In this document: positions 1-13,706 of the stretch, piece by piece | Position numbering within the stretch: position 1 is the first letter of the stretch | Layout: each line of letters starts with the position of its first letter | Origin: Octopus sinensis | Taxonomy: Eukaryota | DNA: 64,000 nt | Assembly (NCBI RefSeq): GCF_006345805.1 | Contig: NC_042999.1 | Coordinates: 78,430,001 to 78,494,000 of the forward strand | Direction of reading: 5' to 3' | Program-made: the position numbers and the translations under genes | Notes under the pieces: model-generated | What the model was told of the DNA's origin: nothing | The model's input: only the letters and a program-made list of their open reading frames with translations | The model's database searches: none

Positions 1-111
1 CACACACACATATATATGTGTATGTATGTTTCTGTATAATTATATATATGTAAAGATATAGTTTTAATTATTTATATACATCTGCATATATTCATGCATA
101 ATAATCATCAT

Positions 112-800
112 CTTGGGGTCTGTATCAGGGTGTCTTGGCATCACTCACCAAGTCCTTTGTGAGCCGCTCTCCAGCTATCTATCTGCGGCTTTATATAGCT
201 ATGGTACGACCTCACCTGGAATTTGCATCAGCGGTCTGGAACCCCTATCTTGCCCAGGATATTAATTGTCTGGAAACCGTTCAGCGACGTGCAACCAAGA
301 GAATACCCTCCATCAGGCATTTGCCATATTCTGAACGCCTTACTTCCCTGGGCATGGACACATTGAAACTCTGACGTCTGGCAGTTGACTTGGCAGACAC
401 CCATAAAATTATTAACCATCTTACAAACAATAACTCTGAGCACCTTTTCAAATTCCACCTGTCTAACACCCATGGACATGTTTACAAAGTCAGAAAACAG
501 CACAGCTCCCATGACTTTCGGAAACATTTTTTCACGCTAAGAGTTGCTGAAGCATGGAACAGACTGCTGGCATCAGTTTTTAGTTGTCGGAGCACTGCAT
601 CCTTCAAAACTTCCATGCTTCCTGAGATTCGCCAACACTACACCTGATTTTCCCCCCTCCATACACACGAAAGCATGTATCTGACTCATACAGTGTTCGC
701 TTTGCAGACATTTGTACATTACTGCATATACTTTATACGCACTTTTGACAAGTTGTGGTGCACCTGAGCACTGTATACAATAATTTCATTATTATTATAT
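112..800 (+). mobile_element. CR1/L2-type LINE 3' end
   Basis: LYIAMVRPHLEFASAVWNPY...LETVQRRATKRI...YSERL..LGMDTL, then FFTLRVAEAWNRL; ATT-rich tail. Confidence 0.9.
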
Positions 801-950
801 TATTATATCATAATTTGACATTTATCATTTCAATGGTAGCATGGGTTGGACAGATCACATAAGCGTCTAGCCATTTGGTGCAGTCCTACATTATCTAACT
901 TGTAGTAACAAAGAAAATATAAATTATTTTTTGATCATATATATATTAAT

Positions 951-1203
951 TGCAGCATGGAAGGAGTTTGTAAGCCATTTAAGAAACATACAAAAGCCGT
1001 TCGATTCACTTCAACATTTAAGTTTAATTTATCAAAATATTTTCATTGCTTTTAGACCACGACCTGTTCACTGACAAAAATCCGTGCAGTGAACAAGTCG
1101 GGGTTTTAAAGCGACGAAAATATTTTGACAAATTAAACGTAAATGTTGAAGTGAATCGAATGGCTTTTGTGTGTTTTTTAAATGGCTTACAAACACCTTC
1201 CAC
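951..1203. mobile_element. About 255 bp hairpin element (copy 1)
   Basis: Long inverted repeat homologous to 5390-5646. Confidence 0.85.
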
Positions 1204-1204
1204 T

Positions 1205-1617
1205 CTCTTTTCTCTTTTACTCTTTTACTTGTTTCAGTCATTTGACTGCGGCCATGCTGGAGCACCGCCTTTGGTCGAGCAAATCAACCCTGGGACTTAT
1301 TCTTTGGAAGCCCAGTACTTATTCTATCGGTCTATTTTGCCGAACCGCTATGTGACGGGGACGTAAACACACCAGCATCGGTTGTCAAGCAATGCTAGGG
1401 GCACAAACACAGACACACAAACACACACATATACACATATATATATATACATATATACGACAGGCTTCTTTCAGTTTCCGTCTACCAAATCCACTCACAA
1501 GGCATTGGTCGGCCTGGGGCTATAGCAGACGACACTTGCCCAAGATGCCACGCAGTGGGACTGAACCCGGAACCATGTGGTTGGTTAGCAAGCTACTTAC
1601 CACACAGCCACTCCTGC
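1205..1617 (-). mobile_element. tRNA-derived SINE (family 1)
   Basis: A box tggctgtgtgg, B box ggttcagtccc, ttgggcaagtg core, internal microsatellite, (gtaaaaga)n tail. Confidence 0.9.
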
Positions 1618-1774
1618 AACTGTTTTCGTTTCAGCACACAATCTCAGATCAAATCACTTGCTATGCAAGTACACCTCCGTAATATATATTAATTATATTT
1701 CTTAAAATCTTATTTATTTATTTTACTAATTTAATTTTATTTCATCTAACCATATTTATTTACATTATTCTTGT

Positions 1775-2200
1775 GGAGATGGCTGTGTGGTCAAGATGCT
1801 TGCTTTGAACGACGTGGTCTTGGGTTCAGTCCCACTGTGAGGCACCTTGGGTAAATGTCTTTTACTATAGACCTAGACCAACCAATGTCTTGTGAGTGAA
1901 TATGGTAGACGGAAACAGTTTGGAAGTCTGCCTCTCATACACATGTATGTATGTATGTATGTATGTATGTACGTATGTATGTACGTATGTATGTATGTGT
2001 GTGTGTGTGTGTGTTTGATTTGTCACTCACCATCACTTGACATATGGAGTTGGTTTTTTTTATGTTCCTGTAACCTAGTGGTTCAGCAAAGGAGACTGAC
2101 AGAAAAAGTGCCAGACTTAAATAATTACTGGGATTGATTTTTTTCAACTAAAGCCTTCATGTGGTGCTCCAGCATTGCCATAGTCCAAGGACTTAAGTAA
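1775..2200 (+). mobile_element. tRNA-derived SINE (family 1, older copy)
   Basis: Diverged head and tail motifs. Confidence 0.8.
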
Positions 2201-4832
2201 ATGAAGATAATGTGTTTTCTTAAAAAAAAACTAGAGTGATGCATAGCAAAAGCCACATATGGCAGGCAGATTCAAGAGTGCAACGAACAAATATTTTGCA
2301 GTATTTGCACATGTTTCTTCATGCTACTAGTTCAGTTCCTGACAAGGTTGACTTTGACTTTTATTCCTGTAGGGTCAATAAGAATAAATACCTTTCATGA
2401 ACTGACACAGCTTGCTTCAAATTTCATGGTTTGGTGCCAATGTAAGAAATCAATATATTTTTCTAATATATTTTATCTATCTTCCAATTAACCAAACCTA
2501 ATTATTGCATCATAAATTTTAATAACATTTATCTCTGTTACATGAGACATAATCAAAACCTAAAAAAAAAAAAAACGTACTGAAGTTTATTTATAAATTT
2601 TAAATTATTAATTTTAACATTCACTATTCATATATTGCCCTCTCTCTTTTCCACAAATCCCTGAGACTATTCTTGCTTTTTTCTTTTCCCTTTCTTTTCC
2701 ATTATTCTTCTCCCAGCCCATCACTCATCTGGTACTCTCTCTGCTATTGCCCCCCTGTTCCTTCCATTATGCTTTAACTTTGGTCAACATGTCACCTTCA
2801 TCGTTCTATTCATTCTTTTTGTCATGGCTGCTCTTTAGCCTTGTGAGTTACAAAAGATGACCTTATTAGAGAAAGCACCAAGTACACTCTTTGAAATGGT
2901 TGGTGATTTGAGCAGAACCGATAGGATAGAAAAGCAGAACCTGTAGGGTTGAAAAGACACTTTAGTTTTGCTGGGTGGCAAAATGTATTCAGTACACTCT
3001 GTACAACAGTTAGCATTAGGAAGAACATCCAGCCATAGAAACCATGCTAAAACCAAGACATTAGAGCAAGATGGGGTCCTCCAGTCTATTAGATCCCTGT
3101 TTACCTGTTCAACATTGCTTTCACCATATTTCTCTAGATTGTTTAAGAGCTTCACCTAAAGCATTGATTTAATTCAAAGCAAACACTTGCTATTGAATCA
3201 ACACATACTGCCACAGTCTAATATTGGAGTATTATACATGACAAGAAAGGATTCTTGTGAATGAAAGATAGGTAAAAAACTCAGCAAAGCCAGGTTTAAA
3301 ATTGCTGCTATTATAAACTATCACATCTTTCTAGTTTATGCCCTATGCATGGAAAAAAATGATTTGTAGTAAGTCATGCTATTTCAGTAAATTCTGCAGG
3401 CCAAATACCTGTTCATGACATTAATATTAAAGGAATGATGATGAGGAAGTAAATTCAAAGTTTAATTATAAAAACAAATGATAACTTACATTGAGATTCT
3501 CGCAAATTGAAGGGAAACCCAGCTCAAATGCTGCAAGATATTGGGGGTAATTTGACCTATCATTCTGGCTTCACTATTTACATAGCTACCATTAACTATC
3601 AAACATATTGATAGGTATTAAACTTTCTATAATTGTTCGATTAAAAGATAGTTGGTATGAAATCAGCTTTGTCATGGCTAATAGGTTTAATTTCTGCAGA
3701 CATTCTGGAAGACACTATTTCTGATTATTAATCACTAACAAAAGGTTAGACACTAAAATTTCAATGTTGAGCTTGCTTCCTAGCTACATGGTTTCGGGTT
3801 CAGTCCCACTGTGTGGCACTTTGGGTAGGTGTCTTCTGCTATAGCCCCGAGCCGACCAAAGCTTTGTGATTGAATTCGTCAGGCGGAAGTTACTGCCGTG
3901 TGTGTACATGTGCGTGTAGGTGCTTGTGCCTCTCCGAAAGAGAGAGAGAGGGATATAGGTTAAAATAAAATTTGTTCAGCCTATCCAGTTTCAGTACATA
4001 TAGAAAGAAGATTGAAAATGAACAATTCAGTCTTGAAGTGATGGGAATTATACCTGTAATAATGGAAATTATACTGCCAATAATGCAACATTAATTGTCT
4101 GGGTGCAAAAGTTGAGAATGAGTGCTGATTATATTCTACATTAATAGTCAAAATTAAAACATTTTCACATTAAACTTCTCATTGTGAAATAATAGTCAAT
4201 GATATGCACTGGACAAATTTTTTTCTTCATGAGACTTAAAGCGTGCTTAACAGCGGATTGGTTTAGATGAAGAAATTATGTGCAATAAATATAAGCAATG
4301 GTCTTTACTTAGTCAATAAACTTCAAGTCAGTCTCAAAAATAGCATGTCTTTTTCCCTACATTTTGTGGAGTCCATATTAAAGGGAATTAATAGCATAAT
4401 TATTTATTAGGATGACATACTCATCTTTGCAGCAACTCAGAACAAATGGAATCATCAATTAGAAGGAATTATTGCTAGATTGAAAGAAACCAATGCATTG
4501 ATTAACCTAAATAAATGCATTAATCATTCAGCTGCTTAAGATTAATTTAATATTCAGTGGGATCAAATCATCATAAAGTTTAAAAGATAAGATCTGACAG
4601 TTTAGTGATACTAACTCAAGAATTTGAGAAATATTTGGAAGTGATAATCTATTGCTGTCAATTTATACCAAAATATGAAAACATAGTTGAGCTACTTCTT
4701 GCAGGAAAAAAGAATGTCTTGTGATGCATGGGAAATACATTAAGAACTGGTCATTAAAAAGACAAATTTCTTACACAATATTATGTTTTTGGTAACATTC
4801 TCAACTGAGTGTTAAATGACTTTTATTATTGA

Positions 4833-5227
4833 CTAGCAGTATCGCCCGGCGTTGCTCGGGTTTGTAAGGGAAATAATTATATAAGCATTTTTAGAGATGT
4901 AAAGTATAATAGCCATCTCAATATGGCTAACCACAAAGGGGGAGGGGTGTTACTGTAGCTTTTTACGTTCTGAGATTTAATAATAAATTTTAGAGAGTTA
5001 CTTCCCTTATATATGTCAAAAATGGATTAAAAATGGGAAAAATTGATGGTAAATTTTTTTAAAATCGTAGACTCATCGTAGACGCGCGCTAATACCCAGA
5101 CGGTCTCGATATGAATCACGACTATAAGATACCCGGTTTTGGTTAAACTGCACCGCAAAATGTGGGAGTAGTTAGGAATCTAAATCGTAGGAGACAGACA
5201 CACAACCTCACTTTTATATATAAAGAT
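4833..5227 (-). mobile_element. Non-autonomous Helitron-like element
   Basis: Minus-strand 3' end cccgagcaacgccgggcg...CTAG; 5' atctttatatataaaagtg. Confidence 0.75.
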
Positions 5228-5389
5228 TTCCTCTATTTACATAATATTGAGGTCTCTTTCTTTCTTTTGTTATCTTACTGTTTTTACCAATATACATATA
5301 TATATATATATAAATATATATATAGTTACAGAGATGTACTTGCATAGCAAGTGACTTGATCTGAGATCGTGTGCTGGAACGAAAACAGT

Positions 5390-5646
5390 TGCAGCGTTGA
5401 AGGTGTTTATAAGCCATTTAAGAAGCACACAAAAACCGTTAGATTCACTTCAACATTTAAATTTAATTTGTCAAAATATTTTCGTCGCTTTGAGGCCGCG
5501 ACCTGTTAGCACAATATTTTTGTCAGTGAACAGGTCGCGGTCTCAAAGCGAGGAAAATATTTTGGCAAATTAAATTTAAATGTTGAAGTGAATCTAACGG
5601 TTTTTGTGTGTTTCTTAAATGGCTTACAAACACCTTCCACGCTGCA
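5390..5646. mobile_element. About 255 bp hairpin element (copy 2)
   Basis: tgcagcg...cgctgca inverted repeat; homologous to 951-1203; (TA)n on the right. Confidence 0.85.
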
Positions 5647-6009
5647 ATATATATATATACACACATATATATATATGTATGTATGTATGTATATGTGTAT
5701 ATGTGTATGCATGTATGTGTGTGTGTGTGCGTGTCTGTGCTTGTGATTGTCCTCCACCACTGCTTGACAACGAATGTTGGTTTGTTTACATCGCTGTCAC
5801 CTAGTGGTTTGACAAAGGAAACAGATAGAATAAGTACAATGCTTACAAAAATAAAACTGGAGCTGATTCATTAAACTACAATTCTTCAAGGCATTGCCCC
5901 AGCATGGCCACAGACCAATGACTGGAAAAAGCAGAAGAATAAAAGAATACATTCTCTGCTTTGGTCTTATGTTCAAGGCATGAGAAAGCTTGAGTTTACA
6001 TGAGAAGGC

Positions 6010-6340
6010 CTAACAGACCTGGTAGAAACAGCAGCCAAATCTCCCTCAAATCACACCTTACTGTCTTATGTATGTATATATATATGAGCCAATGAGGGGG
6101 ACCTCTACATGGTAGCTAGACCTGGTAGAAATAGCAGCCAAATTTCCCCCAAATCACACCTTACTGTCTTATCTATGTATATATGTATGTATGAGCCTAT
6201 GAGGGAAACCCCTACATGGCAGCTAGACATGGTAGAAATAGCAGCCAAATCTCCCTCAAATCACACCTTACTGTCTTATGTATGTATATATATATATATA
6301 TATACAAGCCACTACGGTTATTTAATGTAAAGTCTTCCTC
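6010..6340 (+). repeat. Three tandem 102-108 bp units of a dispersed-repeat fragment, each ending in TA/TATG microsatellite
   Basis: gac(c/a)tggtagaaa at 6017, 6119 and 6227. Confidence 0.85.
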
Positions 6341-8778
6341 AAATCACGCTCTCGCTATTTGCTCTCTTCCAAGAACATTTTCACTCACTCTTATCTCTTA
6401 GCTTCCCATACATTTTACTCATGTATCTATCAGCGTCATAGACAGAAACAAATATTACATCGCCATCGCATTCTATTGTCTATCTGTCAACACACAGTGA
6501 ATTAGTTTCAGTTTATTCGTTGCACACTGTGTGTGTGCGTTTGCGTGTGCTGTAACCCAAACTAAGAAAAGCATTTGACATATACACCAGAATGTGAGTT
6601 TTCTCTAAATTTTGCTTAATTGGGGTTGAAATTTTAAAAACCGGACCTGGCAAAACCCGATGCATTCTACTCTTAAAAATGCTAGGTAAATTGTAATTGA
6701 AGAAATCCTATATTGTAGATTTCTATAACTGACAAAGGGAGGCAGATAAAATCTGCCTTTTATAATAAGAGATGCTTCTGAATTTGAAGCAACAGCAAAT
6801 GCTGGTTGTTCACTTGCTAGAATACTCTGAGAAATTGGATCAATATTGAACACAAATGCTGTACCATGGTATGGTATGTTGAAAGATTGAGAGATCTTTT
6901 GCAATAGAGACTGATAAGTATCTAGGGATATCCATTTTGAAAGGATTTCGATGTTCCAACCAAGCTTCTCACATTATTACTTCAAAATCATTCACATGGC
7001 TGGTAATAACTAAGTCATTATGGTGCTCACTGTAAACTAAAGTATGATTCAGATCAACATGACATAGGTACTAAAGAATTAATTTTTGCTGATGCTCAGA
7101 CAGTTGAAGATATAATGAATAATATTAACATATCTACCATTTATATTTAATTGTATTATTGAAAAAGACTGTCTTGTCCAACAGTTTTAGAGTAGCAAAT
7201 TGCTATACAATAATCTTAAATGGCTGTAGAGAATGATCTTATCTAATAAAAACAAATTAGTTATTCTTAAAATTTATGTTAAAAGTTCTTTTCAAAGTTC
7301 ATGACACACACACACATGGGTGTACAACAATCACTGAAGAAAGCATGGGATTGTATTTCATGGCCTAATCCTGGTAGATATGCTGAAAAGTTTGTCAAAT
7401 CTTGTGATAAATATGCTAAAATTGGATTCAAGGACACTTTTTGTACCGATAAATGGCTGAATCACAGCCTTGGGAAATATTACATATAGACAAACTAGGA
7501 ACTTGTTCAAAATGCTAACAATACTGTTGATCATGGTTGGTTCAATAACATCATATGATTGACTCATATTTATATTCCAGAAGAAGCTTAGAAATATCTA
7601 TTTTCTCTCTTCTCTAGAGTTAACTTGACAGTGGGTCAAACAATGGAACAAAATTCATTAAAAAAAGGACTGGTTAAATTGACTTTGGTGCAGAAAAATT
7701 GAAAGTCCTACCTATAGCCCAAAATCTAATGAGGAAGCAAAAAGAACTGTGCAAACAATCGAGTCTGCATTAAAATGTCTAAGTCCATCAATTGGAAAGT
7801 TTGATGAATATTTACTAAACTTTTCAACCTTCACAATATATTTGATAAAAGCAAGTAATTTCCAGTTGAGAAATTACTTGGAAGACAATTGAAAGAAACA
7901 TTAAATATATTTTTTTATAAGGTTGAATAAAGGATTTATTATATGAGTAATACAAGGAAATTTCTTGCAGTTGCACATCATCTGATTCATGTGAGTAGAA
8001 AGACAGCTTGGATTATGTGAAAAGGAAAAAGTTCAGTTAGTGTCAGTTGAGCAAATAGCTCCCAAATATTCTACCACAAACACATCTAGTCATAATGATG
8101 TTATCTGTGAGCTGATTGCACCGTCTTCATATTTGTAGAGCTGCTGTTTTATCCCGTGATCTTTTGTGACAATATTTCTAACAGGTCAACATCATCAATT
8201 TCTCCAACTATTACGACTATTAATATCCAATCTTCGGCTTCTAGTACCAATACTACTAAATCATACTAATCCTCACAGTAACTTAATGAGTTGCACAACA
8301 TCACTGCACAAGAGCTGCAGAATTACAGAGAGAATTCAGAAGCCACAAATATATAATGACAAACATGAATTTAATCTTCCATGGTTGGGATAATATTGTA
8401 GTTATAGCATTGCTTTGTTCTCTAATATGTAAGTGTATCCAATTAACACCTGCTTATTGTATCTATTAACTCAAGTGGTGATATAATTGTAGAGCTAATA
8501 TTGTCATGTCATTGCATGCTTGTGCATGACTAGGTCTCTTTAAGACGACTATCAGTTTGATGTAGGGAACAACTTTTATGGTGTGGTGCTAATGTTCATG
8601 AATCATGATATCCAGTTATGACAAATGTTTGAAGATTTGGACTTATATAATTATTGTAAACATGACAGTATTGAACACTTTTGTATTTTATATGAAAATA
8701 AAACATACACTCACTCTCTCTCTCTCTGTATATATATATATGGAATAGTTACTGTGAAGCATTGTGTAGAATATATTG

Positions 8779-8950
8779 TATAAAGGATCGTGAGTAAGGG
8801 TAGAACAATGTGAATTAAATGCTAAGCAAATCACAAGAAAATAAATATATGAATTAATGTAGACTTACCTTGCTTTCAATATTTGTTTCCTCGTGATTTG
8901 CCTTGCATTTACTTTGCATTGTTCTGGCCTTACCCACGATCCTTTATATA
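8779..8950. repeat. Imperfect hairpin / MITE-like inverted repeat
   Basis: tataaaggatcgtgagtaagggtagaacaatg ... cattgttctggccttacccacgatcctttata. Confidence 0.6.
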
Positions 8951-10614
8951 TACAGTGATTGCTGCCTCTTGACAGAAGATGGTCATCACCTTTTAATTAT
9001 TTATGCTTTAAAATTTTAAAACTCTTCATGAGCATACCTGTGCAAAAAGGCTTATGGAACCAGTTTCTAATTCGCCTGCTTTCCCGCAAATATAGCAGCC
9101 CTATGATAGGTTTTGAATCTTTCTGCAGGCGCATTTTTATGTACACTTATATGCTTTTTCAGGGCCCCAGTAGACCTATAAATCAGACACATCTTGTTTC
9201 AGCCTTGGAGGGAGTATGCTCCAGTATGAGTTTTGATTATGTCCCCTGCCATGCAACTGTTCATGACTAACTAATTCAGATTCTGAAAAGAATAGGCAGT
9301 TACAGGAAATACACATGAATCATCCCTCAAAATCACTAGCTAGTTGTTTCTGCTTTCAAACAGCCCATTTTATTTTCGCATGTTGAATTTTGTTCTCTTC
9401 AAACGTTTCACAAAACTTTCTTGATAGTACTATGCTGCATTGATCAGTCTAATTCAAATGTTTCCCAGTCTTGAGTTCTCGTATTTAAAAGTTTGAGGTT
9501 TGCCTTGACCCCCACCCCCGCCACACATTTAAGAAATTATGTGTACAATTACTGTATGACTGCCTGTTACTGTTATGTTTAGAGCTCTACGTAGATTATC
9601 CTAATCCAGTCTGCTTCCTGTATAGTTGTTAATTAACTTCTATACTGAATAGTATTACTAATTATGAGCTACTGAGCAAATATTCGAAAAAATAAGGATT
9701 AACACATTTTTTAATGTCCATTTTCCATGCTGGAATAAGTTGGACAGTTTGACTAGAGCCGGCAAGCCAGAGAACTGCTTGGTTTCTATGGCTGGATGCC
9801 CTTCCTAATGCCAACCACTTTACAGTGTTCCTCAGGAAATGCTATATTGTATCAGGTTGCAGGTAACTATGTCCAAAATTGGATGAATGGCAAAGCATTT
9901 TTGTTATGTCGCATGTTCGGATGACCTCTACTGAACTCTACTCCGCTCTACTCTACCGACTGCTACTCAATTGTGCTAGTCTTCTCCCTCTATATCTACA
10001 TATTGGGCTAGCCTACTTCGTCGTCTGGGGGCGTCCACACAACAATTTTATAATTATTTTAGGAGGGAAGTGGGACAAAATGGTCAGCACTCTTAATACC
10101 AAGAACTAATGACTTTAAAAAGATGATGAGATGACATGCTCTCATTCACTCTTTCCTGAACAACCAGACTAAGCAATCTGCTTCTCTCCCATCAACCAAG
10201 ATTCAAGTAAAGCAGAAACCAGAAGAATCTACTTTTGTTTCAGTTAGTCTTAGATGAAGACATATTTCACTTGAATGTGAGATCAATTTAGTACATCTGT
10301 ATTTTGTCAGAGTCAGATGTTTTTTTAAAAATTTTATCTTAGCAACATATTCTGTTTGCACTACATGTGTGACATAAAATGAACTGTATTTCAAAAATAC
10401 AATTATAATGTTACTTCTGCAATATGTTTAACCTTTTTTTTATTTTTTATTAATGTTGTTATTGAAAATTATTGCTTTTTCTGCTTATTCAAAGCTGTTT
10501 ATACAAGGAACATTTGGATGTATATTCATTCTGTTCAACCACATGGGATTATTGTACCACTTAATTTTGCAGGAGGTCTGTCTCTTGGTGGTACATAGAA
10601 CATAAAAAAGAACA

Positions 10615-11560
10615 TTATCATCGTTTAATGCCTGTTTTCCCTGCTGGCATGGGTTGGATGGTTTGACTGAGGATTGGCAAGTCAGTGGGCTGCACCAGGC
10701 TCCAATCTGATCTGGCAAGGTTTCTACAGCTGGATGACATTCCTAATGCCAACCACCCTGAGAGTGTAGCGGGTGATTTTTATGTGCTTCCGGCATGGGA
10801 GCTAGTCAGGCGACACAGACATCAACCATGTTCGGAGGGTGGTTTTTAGAGACATTTGGGGGGCACTGGCATCGACCATATGTGGATGGTACTTTTTACA
10901 TGGCACTGGCATGGGGAGCCAGTCAGGTGGAACTGACATCGACTTGTGCTTGAATGGTGCTTATTATGTGCCACCAGCATGAGTGCCAGTCAGGTAGCGC
11001 TGGCATTGGCCATGACTATGACTTCACTTGACTCAACTGGTCTTCTTAAGCACAGCATATCACCTGACAATTCAAGGGTACTTTTAAATGAGCTGGTTAT
11101 GCTACACATCTCACTTTACTTGCTGGGTTTTCTCAATCACTGCATATCTCTAAAGGTCTTAGTCTCTTGTCATTGCCTCTGTGTGGCCCAACGTTCAAAG
11201 GTCATGCTTCACCACCTCATCCCATGTCTTCCTGTCTCTACCTCTTCCACAGGTTACTTCCACTGTCAGGGTGTGACACTTCTTCACACAGCTGTCCTCA
11301 TCCATATGCAGCACATGACCATACCAGCACAGTTGTCTCTTTTGCACACCACAGCTGATGCTTCTTATGCCCAACTTTTCTCTCAGGGCACTTACACTCT
11401 GTCGTGTATGCACACTGACATTACACATCCAACGGATCATACTAGCTTCATTTCTTTCAAGTCTACGCATGTCCTCAGCAGTCATGGTTCATGTTTCACT
11501 GCCGTGTAGCATGGCTGTTCGCACACATGCATCATACAATCTCCCTTTCACTCTGAGTGA
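10615..11560 (-). mobile_element. RTE-clade LINE 3' fragment with a minisatellite-containing 3' UTR
   Basis: RLERNEASMIRWMCNV...WYGHVLHM...GRGRDRKTWDEVVKHDL. Confidence 0.9.
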
Positions 11561-11919
11561 GAGGCCCTTTATAAAATTTATTACCAAATATGTCTACAGA
11601 CTTTAATCTATACTATACTAAATACACAGACATAAGCACCTTGTCTTTGTTTACAAGATTACCAGTAATTTATATAATTTATTGTTGTTTTTGCATACAT
11701 ATGTTTTACATTAGTGACATTGAAGTAATTGGACAGCATGTGTTCATAAACTCTATTGTCCTTGGCTCTCTCACCAATATTTTTTAAATTGGTAACCCTG
11801 ACTTCTGAAGGAAAGTTCATTTTCTGATAAACACCAATGAAAACTTTCAAATTTACAATCAACTTCCTGTTGTTACTACAATGATACAAGCAATGCCAGT
11901 ATTTCAGTCAGTTGTAAGT

Positions 11920-12148
11920 TTAACCCTTTAGCATTTAAACTGGCCATATCAGGTCAAAAGTATTCTGCCTGTTTTATGTTCAAACTGGCAAGATCTGGTC
12001 TATCACACCAACCCTACAATATCGTTTTAAAAATTAACAGCTACCTCTTCAAAATCTCATAGCTACAAGATAATGCATGATTAGTTCAAAACAATGTGGA
12101 TAAAAAAGTATTAATTTTGGTAGAATAATGCAAACACTAAAGGGTTAA
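11920..12148. mobile_element. piggyBac-type MITE
   Basis: TTAA|ccctttag ... ctaaaggg|TTAA. Confidence 0.7.
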
Positions 12149-13139
12149 AGCTGTTTCTTTCTATTCTAATGATCTGGCTCCTTGGTTTCCACATGTTGCA
12201 GCCCAGTTTCCTGACATGCAACATAACATGAAAGCTACACTTTTTGCCTGCGTTATACGTACACTTCATTTGAAAATTTAGCAAACCAGCTATGAAGTAA
12301 CAATTCAGATGTAGCAGTTACTAGGCAACTCAAATTAGTACTTGCAAATAGCACAGGGAACTTTACACTGAAAGGATATGCCACCGCAACACTGTTACCA
12401 ATGCATAACCTATTGAAGTTGAAATTCATAGGTTATAAAAAATTTTTTGTTTTAACTCACTTTTCACATATACTAAAACACTAATATTTTACTCTTTACT
12501 ACAGACTCTGTTTTATAAGGGCACTTTTATCTCATGTACACATCATGCAGGCCTACTTGCACCTTACGCACACAACAAGCAAACTCACTTGCATCTTGTG
12601 CAGACTTCACAAATGCTCATGTGCATTTCATGCACACTTCATGCATTCACACTTGAATCTTCTGTGTGTATTCATGGTATATTTTGTCAGTTCCTTTGCC
12701 AATTCTCCATCTGCAACATCCAATTTTGAGTATATTTGTATCATCATTTGGTTTACCCCACCGTAAGTGAAGATATGTTTCAACTGAACATGTTGAATTT
12801 CCCATCTTTTTATCTTAGCAACATATTCTGTTCACACAAAATGTGTGACAGAAGAAATAACTTTATTTCAAAAACATAAATAATTCTACTTCTACAACAT
12901 GTTTAAATCAAACCACATTTATTAATGTTGTAATTGAAAGCTATTGTTTTTCATTCTGTGAATTATTGTCTCATTCAAACACTGTAAATGAACACAAACT
13001 TTGTAAATAAACATGTTCTGTTTAACCACATAGAGTTAGGCTAGTAGAGGTCTACTTTTCTTGTGGTACATAAAATATAAAAGAGAACTTTTATAATGTA
13101 TTGCTGCTGTCCTGTCTGCATATCTTCTACATTTTTATC

Positions 13140-13191
<52 letters not shown>

Positions 13192-13318
13192 CACACACAC
13201 ACATTTTATATACATATATATTATTTATAAATATATTTGTATCCATGTATGTATATATGTGTATGTGAATATGTATATATATATATATAATATATATATA
13301 TATACATACATAAAATAT

Positions 13319-13706
13319 AATTCAGAAAATGGAGATGTAGCATTAATATAATTTATTAACTACAAAAATCCAACATATTCTCTTACAGCTGTTTCAATTT
13401 TACCCAAAGATTAAATTACAATAATTAAACCATTGTTTTGGGCAAAATCTCATCAGAAGTGTAGAAAAGACATACTGTTAGGTTATTAGTTGTTATGTTT
13501 CCAAAATATTTTAACAGACTGTTGAAATGTTTTGGAAAAATAACGAGTAATAACCTAACGGTGTGTCTTTTCTACTTCTCTTGAGATTTTGCCCAAAACA
13601 ATGGTTTAATTATTCCTTTGGGTAAAATTGAAACAGCTGTAAGAGAATATGTTGGATTTTTGCAGTTAATAAATTATATTAATGCTACATTTCCATTTTC
13701 TGAATT
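13319..13706. mobile_element. About 390 bp hairpin element with a hammerhead-like motif
   Basis: Near-perfect inverted repeat. Minus strand 13378-13462: CUGAUGA-GAUUUUGCCCAAA...UUUGGGUAAAAUU-GAA-ACAGCUGU-A-AGAGAA. The right arm has a deleted core. Confidence 0.8.

Larger units (their letters stand above)
4200..7900 (+). mobile_element. Highly degraded Gypsy-type LTR retrotransposon pol, interrupted by younger insertions
   Basis: RT IIIY*DDILIF...LKETNALINLNKC at 4381-4518; RNase H-like IRDASEF at about 6765; integrase HMG..QSLKKAWDCISWP...FVKSC at 7310 and YSPKSNEEAKRTVQTIESALK at about 7715. Confidence 0.65.

Noticed and set aside
2835-3540. Short minus-strand candidate exons (VKLLNNLEKYGESNVEQ; AFELGFPSICENLN; 2.86-2.94 kb)
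   Set aside because: Splice sites are plausible, but there is no recognisable domain and no consistent link to the PAN exon.
6605-6904. 99-aa minus-strand ORF
   Set aside because: Antisense to the degraded Gypsy RNase H region; no domain pattern.
8398-8708. Possible 3' LTR of the Gypsy remnant (TGT...ACA with AATAAA)
   Set aside because: No matching 5' LTR found in the window.
10946-11509. 187-aa plus-strand ORF
   Set aside because: Antisense reading of the RTE fragment. The same applies to 16009-16347, 33479-33901, 54768-55100, 55269-55670 and 56762-57022 against their elements.
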